Positions 18,678-27,143 of a DNA stretch of 42,846 nt are shown piece by piece. How positions within the stretch are numbered: the first letter of the stretch is position 1; the number at the start of each line of letters is the position of its first letter. Source of the DNA: a virus (lineage: Duplodnaviria > Caudoviricetes); the IMG/VR virus record IMGVR_UViG_3300027769_000049, positions 1 through 42,846 of that record. One strand, 5' to 3'. Under the pieces are notes generated by a model. That model saw only the letters and a program-made list of their open reading frames with translations. It was not told where the DNA came from and did not search any database. The position numbers and the translations under genes were made by a program.

Positions 18678-19717
18678 CAGGCACCCCCGCCGTCCACGAC
18701 ACCTGGCCCAGTCCCGGCTGCGTTGCCACCATCGAGGTTGTCGTTCGTGACAGGAGGCTTCACTCCATCGGTCACCCCTTCGTCAGGGCCAGCCCGGAGA
18801 TACCAGAACGAGTAGTAACCGAAAGGCAGGGACTGACGCTGGCCAGAGATCGGGGCCATGACGTCGCCCTCGAATGCCATCCGAAGGTCTCGCCCGTAGA
18901 CCCCCATGGCACCCTCCAGGTTCTTCCCGGAGAGCCGGGCCAGCCAGACTTCGGCCCCTGAGAGCAACGCCGTGTACATCTGGGGTGAGATGTCCAGGTA
19001 GTCAGTGATGATGTACTTGGTTCCGGCCGGGTACTGGAGCTGCCCGGCTGGTGACCAGACATGGATCGTGTCTTGGTCGTCCACCTTCTGGATCAGGGCC
19101 TCGTCCGAATAGGCGTTCATCCCCTGAAGAGACTCGGGGTGCTTCTTGGGGTCAGCACTCACCCGGACCACGGACCCCTGCATGAGGTTCGTGAAGGTGG
19201 TTCCCGTCCCCTGAATGATGCTGCCGTCCCACTGGATGGTCCCGGCGCGGGCCTGGGGCTCCCATCCGGTGAACCTGAGGTCCTTGGGCCTGCGGCGGTA
19301 GGTGATGGTCACGAAGTCATCCACGGCGAACCCGTTGAAGACCCGGACCTCGAACCTGTCGGGGGCCGTCTTGGAGGGCAGGATGGTCCAGACGATCCGG
19401 GCCAGGTTCCGCCACTGGGAGTTCAGCAGGCGGTCCCACTCAACCGGGGTGACGTAGGCCACCGAGACGTTGGTGAGCGGGAGGACCAGCGAGTCCACCG
19501 AGTTCACGCCCCACGGGAGCAGGTAGGTGACGATGGAGTTCTGGCCGCCAAGGTTGAACTTGTCCGTGGTGTGGTACCACTTCCATGAGTCCCGAGCCGT
19601 GACCAGATCCCGATACCCGTGGAACAAGGACTGCCTGAGCAGACGATGCTCCTGGTCCTGGGCACCACCTCCGGTGCTGGACATCAGGTACTCGATGGCA
19701 TCAAGGGCCGTGTACAT
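18677..19717 (-). CDS. Putative head-tail adaptor/tubular protein A-like
   Basis: Helical N-terminus then W-x-W (DSWKWY), Y-x-LP, ITYRRRP, TALLSGA; synteny; AGGAG SD upstream. Confidence 0.6.
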   Translation of the reverse strand: MYTALDAIEYLMSSTGGGAQDQEHRLLRQSLFHGYRDLVTARDSWKWYHTTDKFNLGGQNSIVTYLLPWGVNSVDSLVLPLTNVSVAYVTPVEWDRLLNSQWRNLARIVWTILPSKTAPDRFEVRVFNGFAVDDFVTITYRRRPKDLRFTGWEPQARAGTIQWDGSIIQGTGTTFTNLMQGSVVRVSADPKKHPESLQGMNAYSDEALIQKVDDQDTIHVWSPAGQLQYPAGTKYIITDYLDISPQMYTALLSGAEVWLARLSGKNLEGAMGVYGRDLRMAFEGDVMAPISGQRQSLPFGYYSFWYLRAGPDEGVTDGVKPPVTNDNLDGGNAAGTGPGVVDGGGA

Positions 19718-19727
19718 CCTTCACTCC

Positions 19728-21014
19728 TCAGGGAATCACGGGCCCGGCACCAGCGGAGACAGCTCCACCTTCGCGGCTGTAGATCGGGCCGTTGTTGACC
19801 GTCCTGGCCACGCACCGATACCGGACTGCGTTGTTGATCACCCTGGCGAAGATCAGGAGGGAAGTCCCAGCCGGAAGTCCCTGAACGGCACCGAGAGGCT
19901 GGCCCGACCCGGCGTCGATCCACACCCCGCCGATCGAGTCCCTTCTCTGCCAGGTGTAGGTCACGGGACCATCGGTCGAGAAAGCCCTGGCTTCAAGCGT
20001 GACCTGAGTTCCTTCTGGGTGGTTGGTCGAAAGAAGCGGCTCGGTGGCCCAGTACAGGCCGTTCCCGCAGCACGGCAGGACGAGGTTCAGCACTTGGTTG
20101 GGGGGAGTGCCGGTGATCGTGGCTGAAGCCGTGTCGCCCGAGGTGACGATGCCGATGGTCAAGACGTTGGCGGGACCAGCCGGGCCAGCGGGTCCGGCGT
20201 CCCCCTTCAGTCCTTGGATCCCTTGGACGCCGGGTTCACCCTGGTCTCCCTTGGGGCCTTGGGGTCCGACTGAGCCCTGCGGTCCAGCACTGCCAGCCGG
20301 TCCCTGCTGACCCTCGATTCCCTGGATCCCTTGGGGGCCGACATCACCCTTCGGGCCCTGTGGTCCCTGGGGCCCCTGAGAGCCGATGGAACCAGACGGT
20401 CCCTGGATTCCACGTTCCCCTTGGGGGCCGCGAATGGGACCGACGTTGATCCAGTTGGTGCCTGTCCACATCACCCCATCGCCCGGCTGACCAGCAACGG
20501 CCCCGAGCGGGATGGGAGTGACGAGCAGGTAGAGGTCACCGATGTCTGGGGTTGCCGAAGGGGGCCAAGTAGTGACCGTACCTTCGAGGGTGAGGGAGTT
20601 CCCTTGGGGACCCTGCGGGCCTTCGTCTCCCTTCGGGCCGGGCTCGCCTTGGATTCCCTGCGGTCCCTGAGGGCCAGCGGGCCCGGCCTCGCCCTGGGGG
20701 CCGACGTTTCCCTGGGGGCCAATGGAGCCTGGCAGGCCACGCTCGCCCTGATCTCCCTTCAGCCCCTGGGGACCGGCGGGACCGGCAGCACCAGCCTGAC
20801 CCTGAAGACCTTGCACCCCCTGGATTCCTTGAGGGCCAACGGGGCCGCGAAGACCCTGGTAGGGCAGGTTCACCCACGAGGTCTTGGCGTCACCGATCTT
20901 GGTCTTGCCGGTGTCTTCCTCGTAGCCCCACTCCCCCGAGTCCAGGGTTGGGTTCTTGGCCAGGAAGTTGTTGGCAGTGTCACGACGGACTTGGATCTTG
21001 GCGAAGGTGGTCAT
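19728..21014 (-). CDS. Collagen-like fibre: Mtd_N-like N-terminal domain + Gly-X-Y repeats + C-terminal Ig-like domain
   Basis: KIQVRRDT...NPTLDSGEWGYEEDTGKTKIGD...WVNLPY; two long GPQG tracts; VTLEARA...VTYTWQR...YRCVAR. Confidence 0.8.
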   Translation of the reverse strand: MTTFAKIQVRRDTANNFLAKNPTLDSGEWGYEEDTGKTKIGDAKTSWVNLPYQGLRGPVGPQGIQGVQGLQGQAGAAGPAGPQGLKGDQGERGLPGSIGPQGNVGPQGEAGPAGPQGPQGIQGEPGPKGDEGPQGPQGNSLTLEGTVTTWPPSATPDIGDLYLLVTPIPLGAVAGQPGDGVMWTGTNWINVGPIRGPQGERGIQGPSGSIGSQGPQGPQGPKGDVGPQGIQGIEGQQGPAGSAGPQGSVGPQGPKGDQGEPGVQGIQGLKGDAGPAGPAGPANVLTIGIVTSGDTASATITGTPPNQVLNLVLPCCGNGLYWATEPLLSTNHPEGTQVTLEARAFSTDGPVTYTWQRRDSIGGVWIDAGSGQPLGAVQGLPAGTSLLIFARVINNAVRYRCVARTVNNGPIYSREGGAVSAGAGPVIP

Positions 21015-21022
21015 CTGTGGGC

Positions 21023-22162
21023 TTACGCTTTCTTGTTCACGCCGAGTGCATTCAGCTCTTGCTGACTCAGGTCGATCACCATCCTGTACCCATCCTGGGA
21101 GACCGCCACAAAGGACTCGCCGTCACTTGCGACTGCCTTCCACACCGCTGTTGGGAGCTTCCTCTCCATCCACTTGTTCACTCCACCGGATGCCGAGAAG
21201 TCTCCGCCTTCCATGCCCGGCTTGCCGATGAAGCAGACAGAGCTGAAGTTGCTCCTGTCGAACCCCAACGCACACCAAAGATCGAGCCTCGGCGTGTAGC
21301 AGATCGACTCGATTGACTCGACACCCGGCAGCTTCCCGTAATTGAGCCACGACACACCGTCATCCTTCGTGAGCCACATCTGCTTGCCTGGAGGAACGGC
21401 TTGACCAACTGCGGTCCTCTGGTCTGTCGTGGAACACAAGACGTTGGTCCCATCGCTGGCAGAGTCGTAGACCCATCCAGCACTGGCAGTGTTCGCTCCC
21501 CATGGGACGGCGCGGGGGAGGGTGTAGGCGGCAGCGATGTTCCCAGGCTGAGTGGCGACGGTGTTCCACTGGCTGAACAGGAGGAACCTTCTGCCGGTCC
21601 AGACCGTGCTTGTTATTGCTGGGTAGCTGGCGTCTGTCCTGGCATCAAAGGTCGTGCAGTTGGTCGTGTATGAACTGCCAGCACTGGGGCCCGGAGCAAT
21701 GCCTGCGTACATCCACCCATCGGGACTGGCATCCAGGCCGAGGATCGCCCAGGCATTGACGGTTGTGCCCAGAGATGGCTTGACGAAGAGTGGGTTCCAG
21801 AAGTCAAGGTTGGGGGTGTCTTGAGCCAGCAGCTTGTAGTGCTGGTTGACCCCCGACCTCAACCACTTGGATGAGCATGCCCAGAAGCCGGGCCGGTAGC
21901 TGATGCGGTCGTAGATTTGCTTCTGGCCGAAGAACGGGAGCTTGACGTCACGCCAGGTGTAGCCTCCGTCAGAGGAGACGCTTGCCCCCGGAGCAGTGAC
22001 AGCAGGCCCGTCCCCGGCATCTGATCCCGAAGCAGCCCCGAGCTGGTGCCCGACAGCCACGAACCGGCCGTTCCCGTATGCAATGGAGAAGTACCCCGTG
22101 TCTGGCGACCGGGTTATGGCTCCACGGATTTTTGCACCGGCAAGCCGGATAGGGGTGGTCAT
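21023..22162 (-). CDS. Beta-propeller (Asp-box/BNR-like) putative receptor-binding protein
   Basis: IAYGNGRFVAVG, SSDGGYTW, TKDDGVSW, VASDGESFVAV blades. Confidence 0.65.
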   Translation of the reverse strand: MTTPIRLAGAKIRGAITRSPDTGYFSIAYGNGRFVAVGHQLGAASGSDAGDGPAVTAPGASVSSDGGYTWRDVKLPFFGQKQIYDRISYRPGFWACSSKWLRSGVNQHYKLLAQDTPNLDFWNPLFVKPSLGTTVNAWAILGLDASPDGWMYAGIAPGPSAGSSYTTNCTTFDARTDASYPAITSTVWTGRRFLLFSQWNTVATQPGNIAAAYTLPRAVPWGANTASAGWVYDSASDGTNVLCSTTDQRTAVGQAVPPGKQMWLTKDDGVSWLNYGKLPGVESIESICYTPRLDLWCALGFDRSNFSSVCFIGKPGMEGGDFSASGGVNKWMERKLPTAVWKAVASDGESFVAVSQDGYRMVIDLSQQELNALGVNKKA

Positions 22163-22320
22163 TCATCGTCCTCGGGGAGCGGCTGCATTGCCTTCTGGTA
22201 GGCGGCGTCCCTCTCGGCCTGGACCTGCTCGATCTCTCTCACCACCTGCTCCATGAAGGAGTTGATGGCAAAGTGTTCGTCCACGGCCGCCTGAGGGAGA
22301 GCCTTGTCTTCGGGTTCCAT
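22159..22320 (-). CDS. Small acidic helical protein (53 aa), possible fibre chaperone
   Basis: Hand-translated MEPEDKALPQAAVDEHFAINSFMEQVVREIEQVQAERDAAYQKAMQPLPEDDE; fills gap, ATGA overlap with next gene. Confidence 0.65.
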   Translation of the reverse strand: MEPEDKALPQAAVDEHFAINSFMEQVVREIEQVQAERDAAYQKAMQPLPEDDE

Positions 22321-22325
22321 GGTTC

Positions 22326-23618
22326 TCACTTGTTGGGGTTGGCGAGGTCACCGATGGCGATCCAGGTGTTGGACGCAGTCTTGATGAGACGAACGGTGGT
22401 GTACCGCCCGGAGAACTCCACATCGGCATTCGCCCCGCCGAAGTAGGTGTTGCGGACGTTGTAGAACAGGAACGTGCTGGAGTCGCTGGTGATGCCTGCG
22501 GTCCCGGTGGCGGTGTTGAGGATCTCGACCACGGACCCAACAGGGATCGCCGCATTGGTGGACAGGTTGATGTCAACCCGGTTGGCACCAGAGAGCAGGA
22601 TCACCTTGCCGATGTCGGTGGCGGCGAGTGGCCTTGCTCCGTCCGAGACTGGAACGAACTGCATCGGCCCGAGGGCCTCAGAGTTGATCGAGGCTTGACG
22701 GAAGGTGTTCGCCGCCCCCTGAAAGGCAGTGTTCCCAGGGACAGTCATGTCTCCGTTCGCCGCCCAGGACATCCGGTTAGCGTTGGCCGTGACGTCAAAG
22801 ATCCTGAACGTACCGGTGGCCTGAGCCTGGATGCGGTAGGAGCAGGTGGTGTTGCCGGTGTTGAAGTCTTTGGAGGCGAGGTTGAACTGACCGGCTTGGT
22901 TCGTGACGTTGAGAACAGCCAGGCGTCCGTCCAGGTTCGCCACCCCGTGACACAGCATCCCCCGGTACCCAACGACAAAGTCTTCTGCTGCCTCGACGGA
23001 GGAGGACTGACCGGCGCTGAGGTCACCGACCGTTGCCCCAGGCACATTCAGGTTGCCTGCTCCGTCGAGGGTCATCTGGGGAGGGGGCTGCGTCAGGTCG
23101 GTTTCGTTCACGTTCAGCCGGAACGAGAGCAGATTGCTCGGCCCAAACTCGATCGCGGCTCCAGCAATCAGGCCTTTCCCGTCCGCGTTGAGCAGGATTG
23201 CAGTCGTGCTGTTTGAAGGACCACCGATCAGGTCTAGCTGGCTTTCGTAGAGCTTCGAGCTTGGAGAGGAGTCATGCTTTCGCTGGCCCAGCACGAAATG
23301 TTCGGCATGCAGGTATGGTGCGCTTGGCGGGGAGTGGCTCTTCCCCCAGACGACCTGGTAGGGACGGGTGTAGAACACAGCGTTTTCGTCGCCGCATGCC
23401 GTGCCCGAATACGTCGAGTTGTCCACCGGGGGGTCGTCTTGGGTTTGGACTCTGACCGGGACATTCGCGAGGTACACCAAGCCGTCTGAGCCAAGGGTGA
23501 TCAGGTTCCCGCAGTCAACGCTGTAGTCCTGGGGTCCGGCCTCGCCCTGGGGTCCGATCAGAGACTCCCACTTGGTGCCGTCGAATACGCGAACGTCGAT
23601 GATTTCGCCCTGTGCCAT
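22326..23618 (-). CDS. Fibre protein with beta-rich shaft and C-terminal knob
   Basis: N-terminal VRVFDGTKW; MTLDGAGNL / MSWAANGDM shaft repeats; C-terminal TDIGKVI...IPVGSVVEI...LIKTASNTWIAIGDL module common in phage fibres. Confidence 0.7.
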   Translation of the reverse strand: MAQGEIIDVRVFDGTKWESLIGPQGEAGPQDYSVDCGNLITLGSDGLVYLANVPVRVQTQDDPPVDNSTYSGTACGDENAVFYTRPYQVVWGKSHSPPSAPYLHAEHFVLGQRKHDSSPSSKLYESQLDLIGGPSNSTTAILLNADGKGLIAGAAIEFGPSNLLSFRLNVNETDLTQPPPQMTLDGAGNLNVPGATVGDLSAGQSSSVEAAEDFVVGYRGMLCHGVANLDGRLAVLNVTNQAGQFNLASKDFNTGNTTCSYRIQAQATGTFRIFDVTANANRMSWAANGDMTVPGNTAFQGAANTFRQASINSEALGPMQFVPVSDGARPLAATDIGKVILLSGANRVDINLSTNAAIPVGSVVEILNTATGTAGITSDSSTFLFYNVRNTYFGGANADVEFSGRYTTVRLIKTASNTWIAIGDLANPNK

Positions 23619-23652
23619 TGGTCACCGATGAGGGGTTGGTGTTCGGGGTGGG

Positions 23653-23693
23653 ACAACAAGGCAGGGGAGCAGCTCTAGGCTCACTCCCCTGCC
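23653..23693 (-). terminator. Putative intrinsic terminator/hairpin
   Basis: Perfect 10-bp stem GGCAGGGGAG (23660-23669)/CTCCCCTGCC (23684-23693), followed by TTGTTGT on the minus strand, in an 88-nt intergenic gap. Confidence 0.55.
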
Positions 23694-23706
23694 CGTGTCT
23701 TGGAGG

Positions 23707-24465
23707 TCAGTTCGTGACGATCCAGATAGCACCCGTCCTGGGAAGGATGGGGGTGGCCGACTGAACGAAGCACTGGGCGTTCTCGCCATCGACGCCGTCA
23801 GCTCCGTCAGCACCGTTGGCACCATCGGCACCGGGATCACCCTTGGCTCCATCGGCCCCCTTCGGGACGGTGAAGTTCAGGATGGCAGCAGTGGCCGTCC
23901 CCGAGTTGGTGACCGCCACCGGGCCTTCGGTCACGGTCCCCACGGCGATGGTGGCTGCCGTGCCGGGCTGACCCTGGGGGCCTTCCGGTCCTTGGATCGG
24001 GCCGACGTTCACCCACGAAGCCCCGTCGTACAGCACCCCATCGCCGGGCTTGGAGCCAGCCGGGGCACCGGGCGGAACCGGGGTCCCGATGATGTAGAGG
24101 TCGTTGAGGGCCGGGGTTGCCGTGGGGGGCCAGGTCGTGGTCGTGCCCTTGATCACAGCAGCCGCGCCGACATCACCCTTCTCCCCCTTGGGAATGGAGA
24201 AGTTCAGCACGGCGTTCAGGCCGGTGCCGACGTTCACCACCTGAGCCGGGTCGCCGGGGTTGACCGTGGACACCGTGCCGACACCCACGGTTGCAGACTG
24301 CCCGTCCGCTCCGTCAGCACCGTCAGCACCCGTGTCGCCCTTGTCCCCCTTTGCGCCATCGGCACCGGGGTTCCCCTGGTCACCCTTGGCTCCGTCAGCA
24401 CCAGCGGGGCCCACGATGGAGATCCACTGAGTACCGTCCCAAACCCGAACGTCTTGAGCAGCCAT
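23707..24465 (-). CDS. Collagen-like fibre protein
   Basis: Start MAAQDVRVWDGTQW, 4 nt after the upstream stop; GAD/GDK triplets; two VGTV...LNFxxPKG modules. Confidence 0.8.
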   Translation of the reverse strand: MAAQDVRVWDGTQWISIVGPAGADGAKGDQGNPGADGAKGDKGDTGADGADGADGQSATVGVGTVSTVNPGDPAQVVNVGTGLNAVLNFSIPKGEKGDVGAAAVIKGTTTTWPPTATPALNDLYIIGTPVPPGAPAGSKPGDGVLYDGASWVNVGPIQGPEGPQGQPGTAATIAVGTVTEGPVAVTNSGTATAAILNFTVPKGADGAKGDPGADGANGADGADGVDGENAQCFVQSATPILPRTGAIWIVTN

Positions 24466-24469
24466 GGTC

Positions 24470-24844
24470 TTAGCCCTGAGGGTTGATGTTGATGATGTCG
24501 ATCCCGGTAGATGGAGGAGTGATTCCCCCAATGCTGGTTCCACCGCCAGTCCCAATGGAGGTGACGGTGGTTGGTTCTGGTGTCCCAATGGAGATCCCAA
24601 TGGGTTGTTCTGGTTGCTTGATGGTCACGGTCCCTATGTCCGGCGTTACCTTGGTGGTGGTGGTCGAGAACCAGATGTCTCCCTTTCGGGGTCCGACTGG
24701 CTGATCGGCCTGTGGTCCGTAGACGGTGACCGACTCTCCGTTCTGCCCAGGGACTCCCTGTGGGCCTTGCGGTCCCGTACCACCACCTCCACCTCCGGAG
24801 ATGGGGACCCACTGAGTTCCGTCCCAGAAATGTGCCTGTGCCAT
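24470..24844 (-). CDS. Short collagen-containing fibre/linker protein
   Basis: MAQAHFWDGTQW, GPQGPQG, PRKGDIWF. Confidence 0.75.
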   Translation of the reverse strand: MAQAHFWDGTQWVPISGGGGGGTGPQGPQGVPGQNGESVTVYGPQADQPVGPRKGDIWFSTTTTKVTPDIGTVTIKQPEQPIGISIGTPEPTTVTSIGTGGGTSIGGITPPSTGIDIININPQG

Positions 24845-24873
24845 GGTTATTTGCCGATTTTGGTGTGCATGGG

Positions 24874-27135
24874 CTAGTAGTCGGCCTTGAAGCGGATGCC
24901 CGAGAAGTTTGCTTCGTTCGACCTCGCTCCGGGACTACAGGAGACGTCTCGGCTCTTGCTGCTCACTGAGCAGAACCCGTAGGTCACCGCAGACCCGACG
25001 AGCCGCATCGCCAGCGGGTAGTTCGCGTCGATCTCTGCCAGCGGGAACTGCGGGGGAAGTCGCAGCGGCACCCACGAGCCGCTACCAGCACCGAATGACA
25101 GGGTGCCCTTGAGTTCGATGAAACCACCAATCATCCTCGCCTGAATCTCGGTAGAGACAGACTCCCGTGAGCCATCCATACGAATCATCCATGTCCAGTC
25201 GATGTCGGGCGGCGGCATCTTCGTACCACCAGCCAGCATCTTCTTGACCTCGTCCAAGACCGACTTCTTGAAGTCAGCGAGTGCCGGGTCGTTGATCGTG
25301 GCAGCACCGACCGGACTGATGGCAACGAGCTTGGCGTCGATCTGGGACCGGGAGTACAGGGACAGGGCCATCTGGTTGTCGAAGTCAACCTTCGACATGC
25401 CGTCACCCTTGAGCATGTACCGGGCGTCACAGATGTCTTTCCGCCAGTACAGGTTGGGGTCAAAGGTAGTGGGAGCAACGGCTCGGTCTTCCATGGCCTG
25501 GACCCGAGCCGCGATTGGCTCGAAGTCTGACCTCAGGGCGACGTAGTCATTCACCATGCCAACGGCGAACACCAGCCGAGGACCAAAGCCCTCACCCGTA
25601 TCCGTGTAGGTCAGGGCGGCAGGGGGAAGTGCTGTGTCACCAAACCCGACCGCCTGAGCCACCAAGGTCTTGGCCAGGATCGCCTGGGTGTTGTCCTGCT
25701 TCTTGGCGTACCTGTCATCCGACTCGGCTCGGGTGTAGATCGAATCGAAGACGGCTTGCAACTGAGTCGTGATGAGCGTCGTCGTCGAGAGCGGCGCGTA
25801 GCCAGCGAGATCGGAAGAGAAGGCGACCGTCTCCAGCTTCGACGGATCGCCAACATCTGCGGCGTAGAGAAGTCGCCCGCCGCCCGATGCAATTGCGGAC
25901 TCGTCACCGAAATTGATCGCCGTTTGCCCAAGATGCAGCGAATCAACGTAGAGGTCTTGCCCGACCAGCGCCGCCACCACGTTCGTCCCCGTGAGGTCCG
26001 TTTGCAGGAGGTATTTCCCGTCCGACTCCACCTTCGTGTAGGTATCCGACTTGTCCGCTTTCAAGCCGATCGCGGCGTCGGAGGAATCCTTCACCTCCAT
26101 GATGGAGTTCATCAGCGTCGTGCCGAGCGACGAGACGGTGGTTTTGTCGGCCTTCGTCTCCAGCCCGGACAGGCAATCCTGCGTCGCCGTTGCCAGCCCT
26201 TGAAGGAGTTGATTGGTCTGGTCGATGTCGGACTGGGTAAGGAACGTCTGCTGCTGTGAGGCCAGGGCGGCGATGTCGGCAACGGCAGCATCGAGGGCGG
26301 TCTTGTCGCCTTTTAGAGCCAGCGAGTTGCCGATGGAGGTGAGAACAAGCTGGAGTTCGCCAAAAGTCTGGTCCCTGAGTTCCTGGTCCCAGATCGCGGC
26401 TTGGTCGGTCGCCAGCTTGGCAATGGCATCGACCTCGGTCTTGTCGTAGTAGTCGCTCAGGTCAAACCCGTTGGCAACCACAGCCTCAACGATGGCTTGG
26501 ACTTGCTCCTGGGTGAGCGTCCCTACCTGCACGTTGGCGATGGCGTCGGTGAGTTGCTGCTGGGTGACCGACTCCAGGACATCCCCTCGGCCGACCGGCA
26601 CAAACTGGTCGTCGGGGAGTGCAGCCTCCAGCCGGAAGAACACCTGGCCCTCCTGGCGAACGAACCAGGACGGCGGGGTGCCAACTGACCCAGGGGGAGG
26701 AACGAAGTTGCTGAGACGACCGACAGCAGTGGCGGCTGGTGAGAATGACTGGAGCCTTAGCTCCTCGCCGTTGGGAAGAGGCTTGCGACTGACCAAGAGC
26801 AGGACGGAACTGGTCGTGAACCAGTGCAGGCCGTCTTCGTAGGGGGAGACGGCAGCGACCGCACCGGCTGGAGTCAGGCCGGGACCGAAGTCCGGGGCAG
26901 CTTCGTCGTGCAGCTCGATGGCTGGCGGCACCTGCGGCGGCAGGGCGGCGAACAGGTCATCGACTTGGTCGCGGGTGTAGCGGTTGGCGAGCTGGGCGTT
27001 GAGGTCCTGGACTGCATCCACGAACTCGGGCTTGGTGACCAGGCCCGACAGGTCCACGGTGCCGCCAGCACCACCGGCAGCGGCGACCCATCGGCCACCG
27101 GAGTAGACAGCAAGAGCTTTGGTTTCGGCGGGCAT
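24874..27135 (-). CDS. Long fibre protein with coiled-coil stalk and C-terminal receptor-binding-type beta domain
   Basis: Six Y-[TDWS]-[KR]-x-x-x-D stalk motifs (YTRDQVD, YDKTEVD, YTKVESD, YTRAESD, YWRKDICD, YSRSQID); C-terminal GFIELKG...LRLPPQFP. Confidence 0.7.
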   Translation of the reverse strand: MPAETKALAVYSGGRWVAAAGGAGGTVDLSGLVTKPEFVDAVQDLNAQLANRYTRDQVDDLFAALPPQVPPAIELHDEAAPDFGPGLTPAGAVAAVSPYEDGLHWFTTSSVLLLVSRKPLPNGEELRLQSFSPAATAVGRLSNFVPPPGSVGTPPSWFVRQEGQVFFRLEAALPDDQFVPVGRGDVLESVTQQQLTDAIANVQVGTLTQEQVQAIVEAVVANGFDLSDYYDKTEVDAIAKLATDQAAIWDQELRDQTFGELQLVLTSIGNSLALKGDKTALDAAVADIAALASQQQTFLTQSDIDQTNQLLQGLATATQDCLSGLETKADKTTVSSLGTTLMNSIMEVKDSSDAAIGLKADKSDTYTKVESDGKYLLQTDLTGTNVVAALVGQDLYVDSLHLGQTAINFGDESAIASGGGRLLYAADVGDPSKLETVAFSSDLAGYAPLSTTTLITTQLQAVFDSIYTRAESDDRYAKKQDNTQAILAKTLVAQAVGFGDTALPPAALTYTDTGEGFGPRLVFAVGMVNDYVALRSDFEPIAARVQAMEDRAVAPTTFDPNLYWRKDICDARYMLKGDGMSKVDFDNQMALSLYSRSQIDAKLVAISPVGAATINDPALADFKKSVLDEVKKMLAGGTKMPPPDIDWTWMIRMDGSRESVSTEIQARMIGGFIELKGTLSFGAGSGSWVPLRLPPQFPLAEIDANYPLAMRLVGSAVTYGFCSVSSKSRDVSCSPGARSNEANFSGIRFKADY

Positions 27136-27143
27136 GCTGATCC

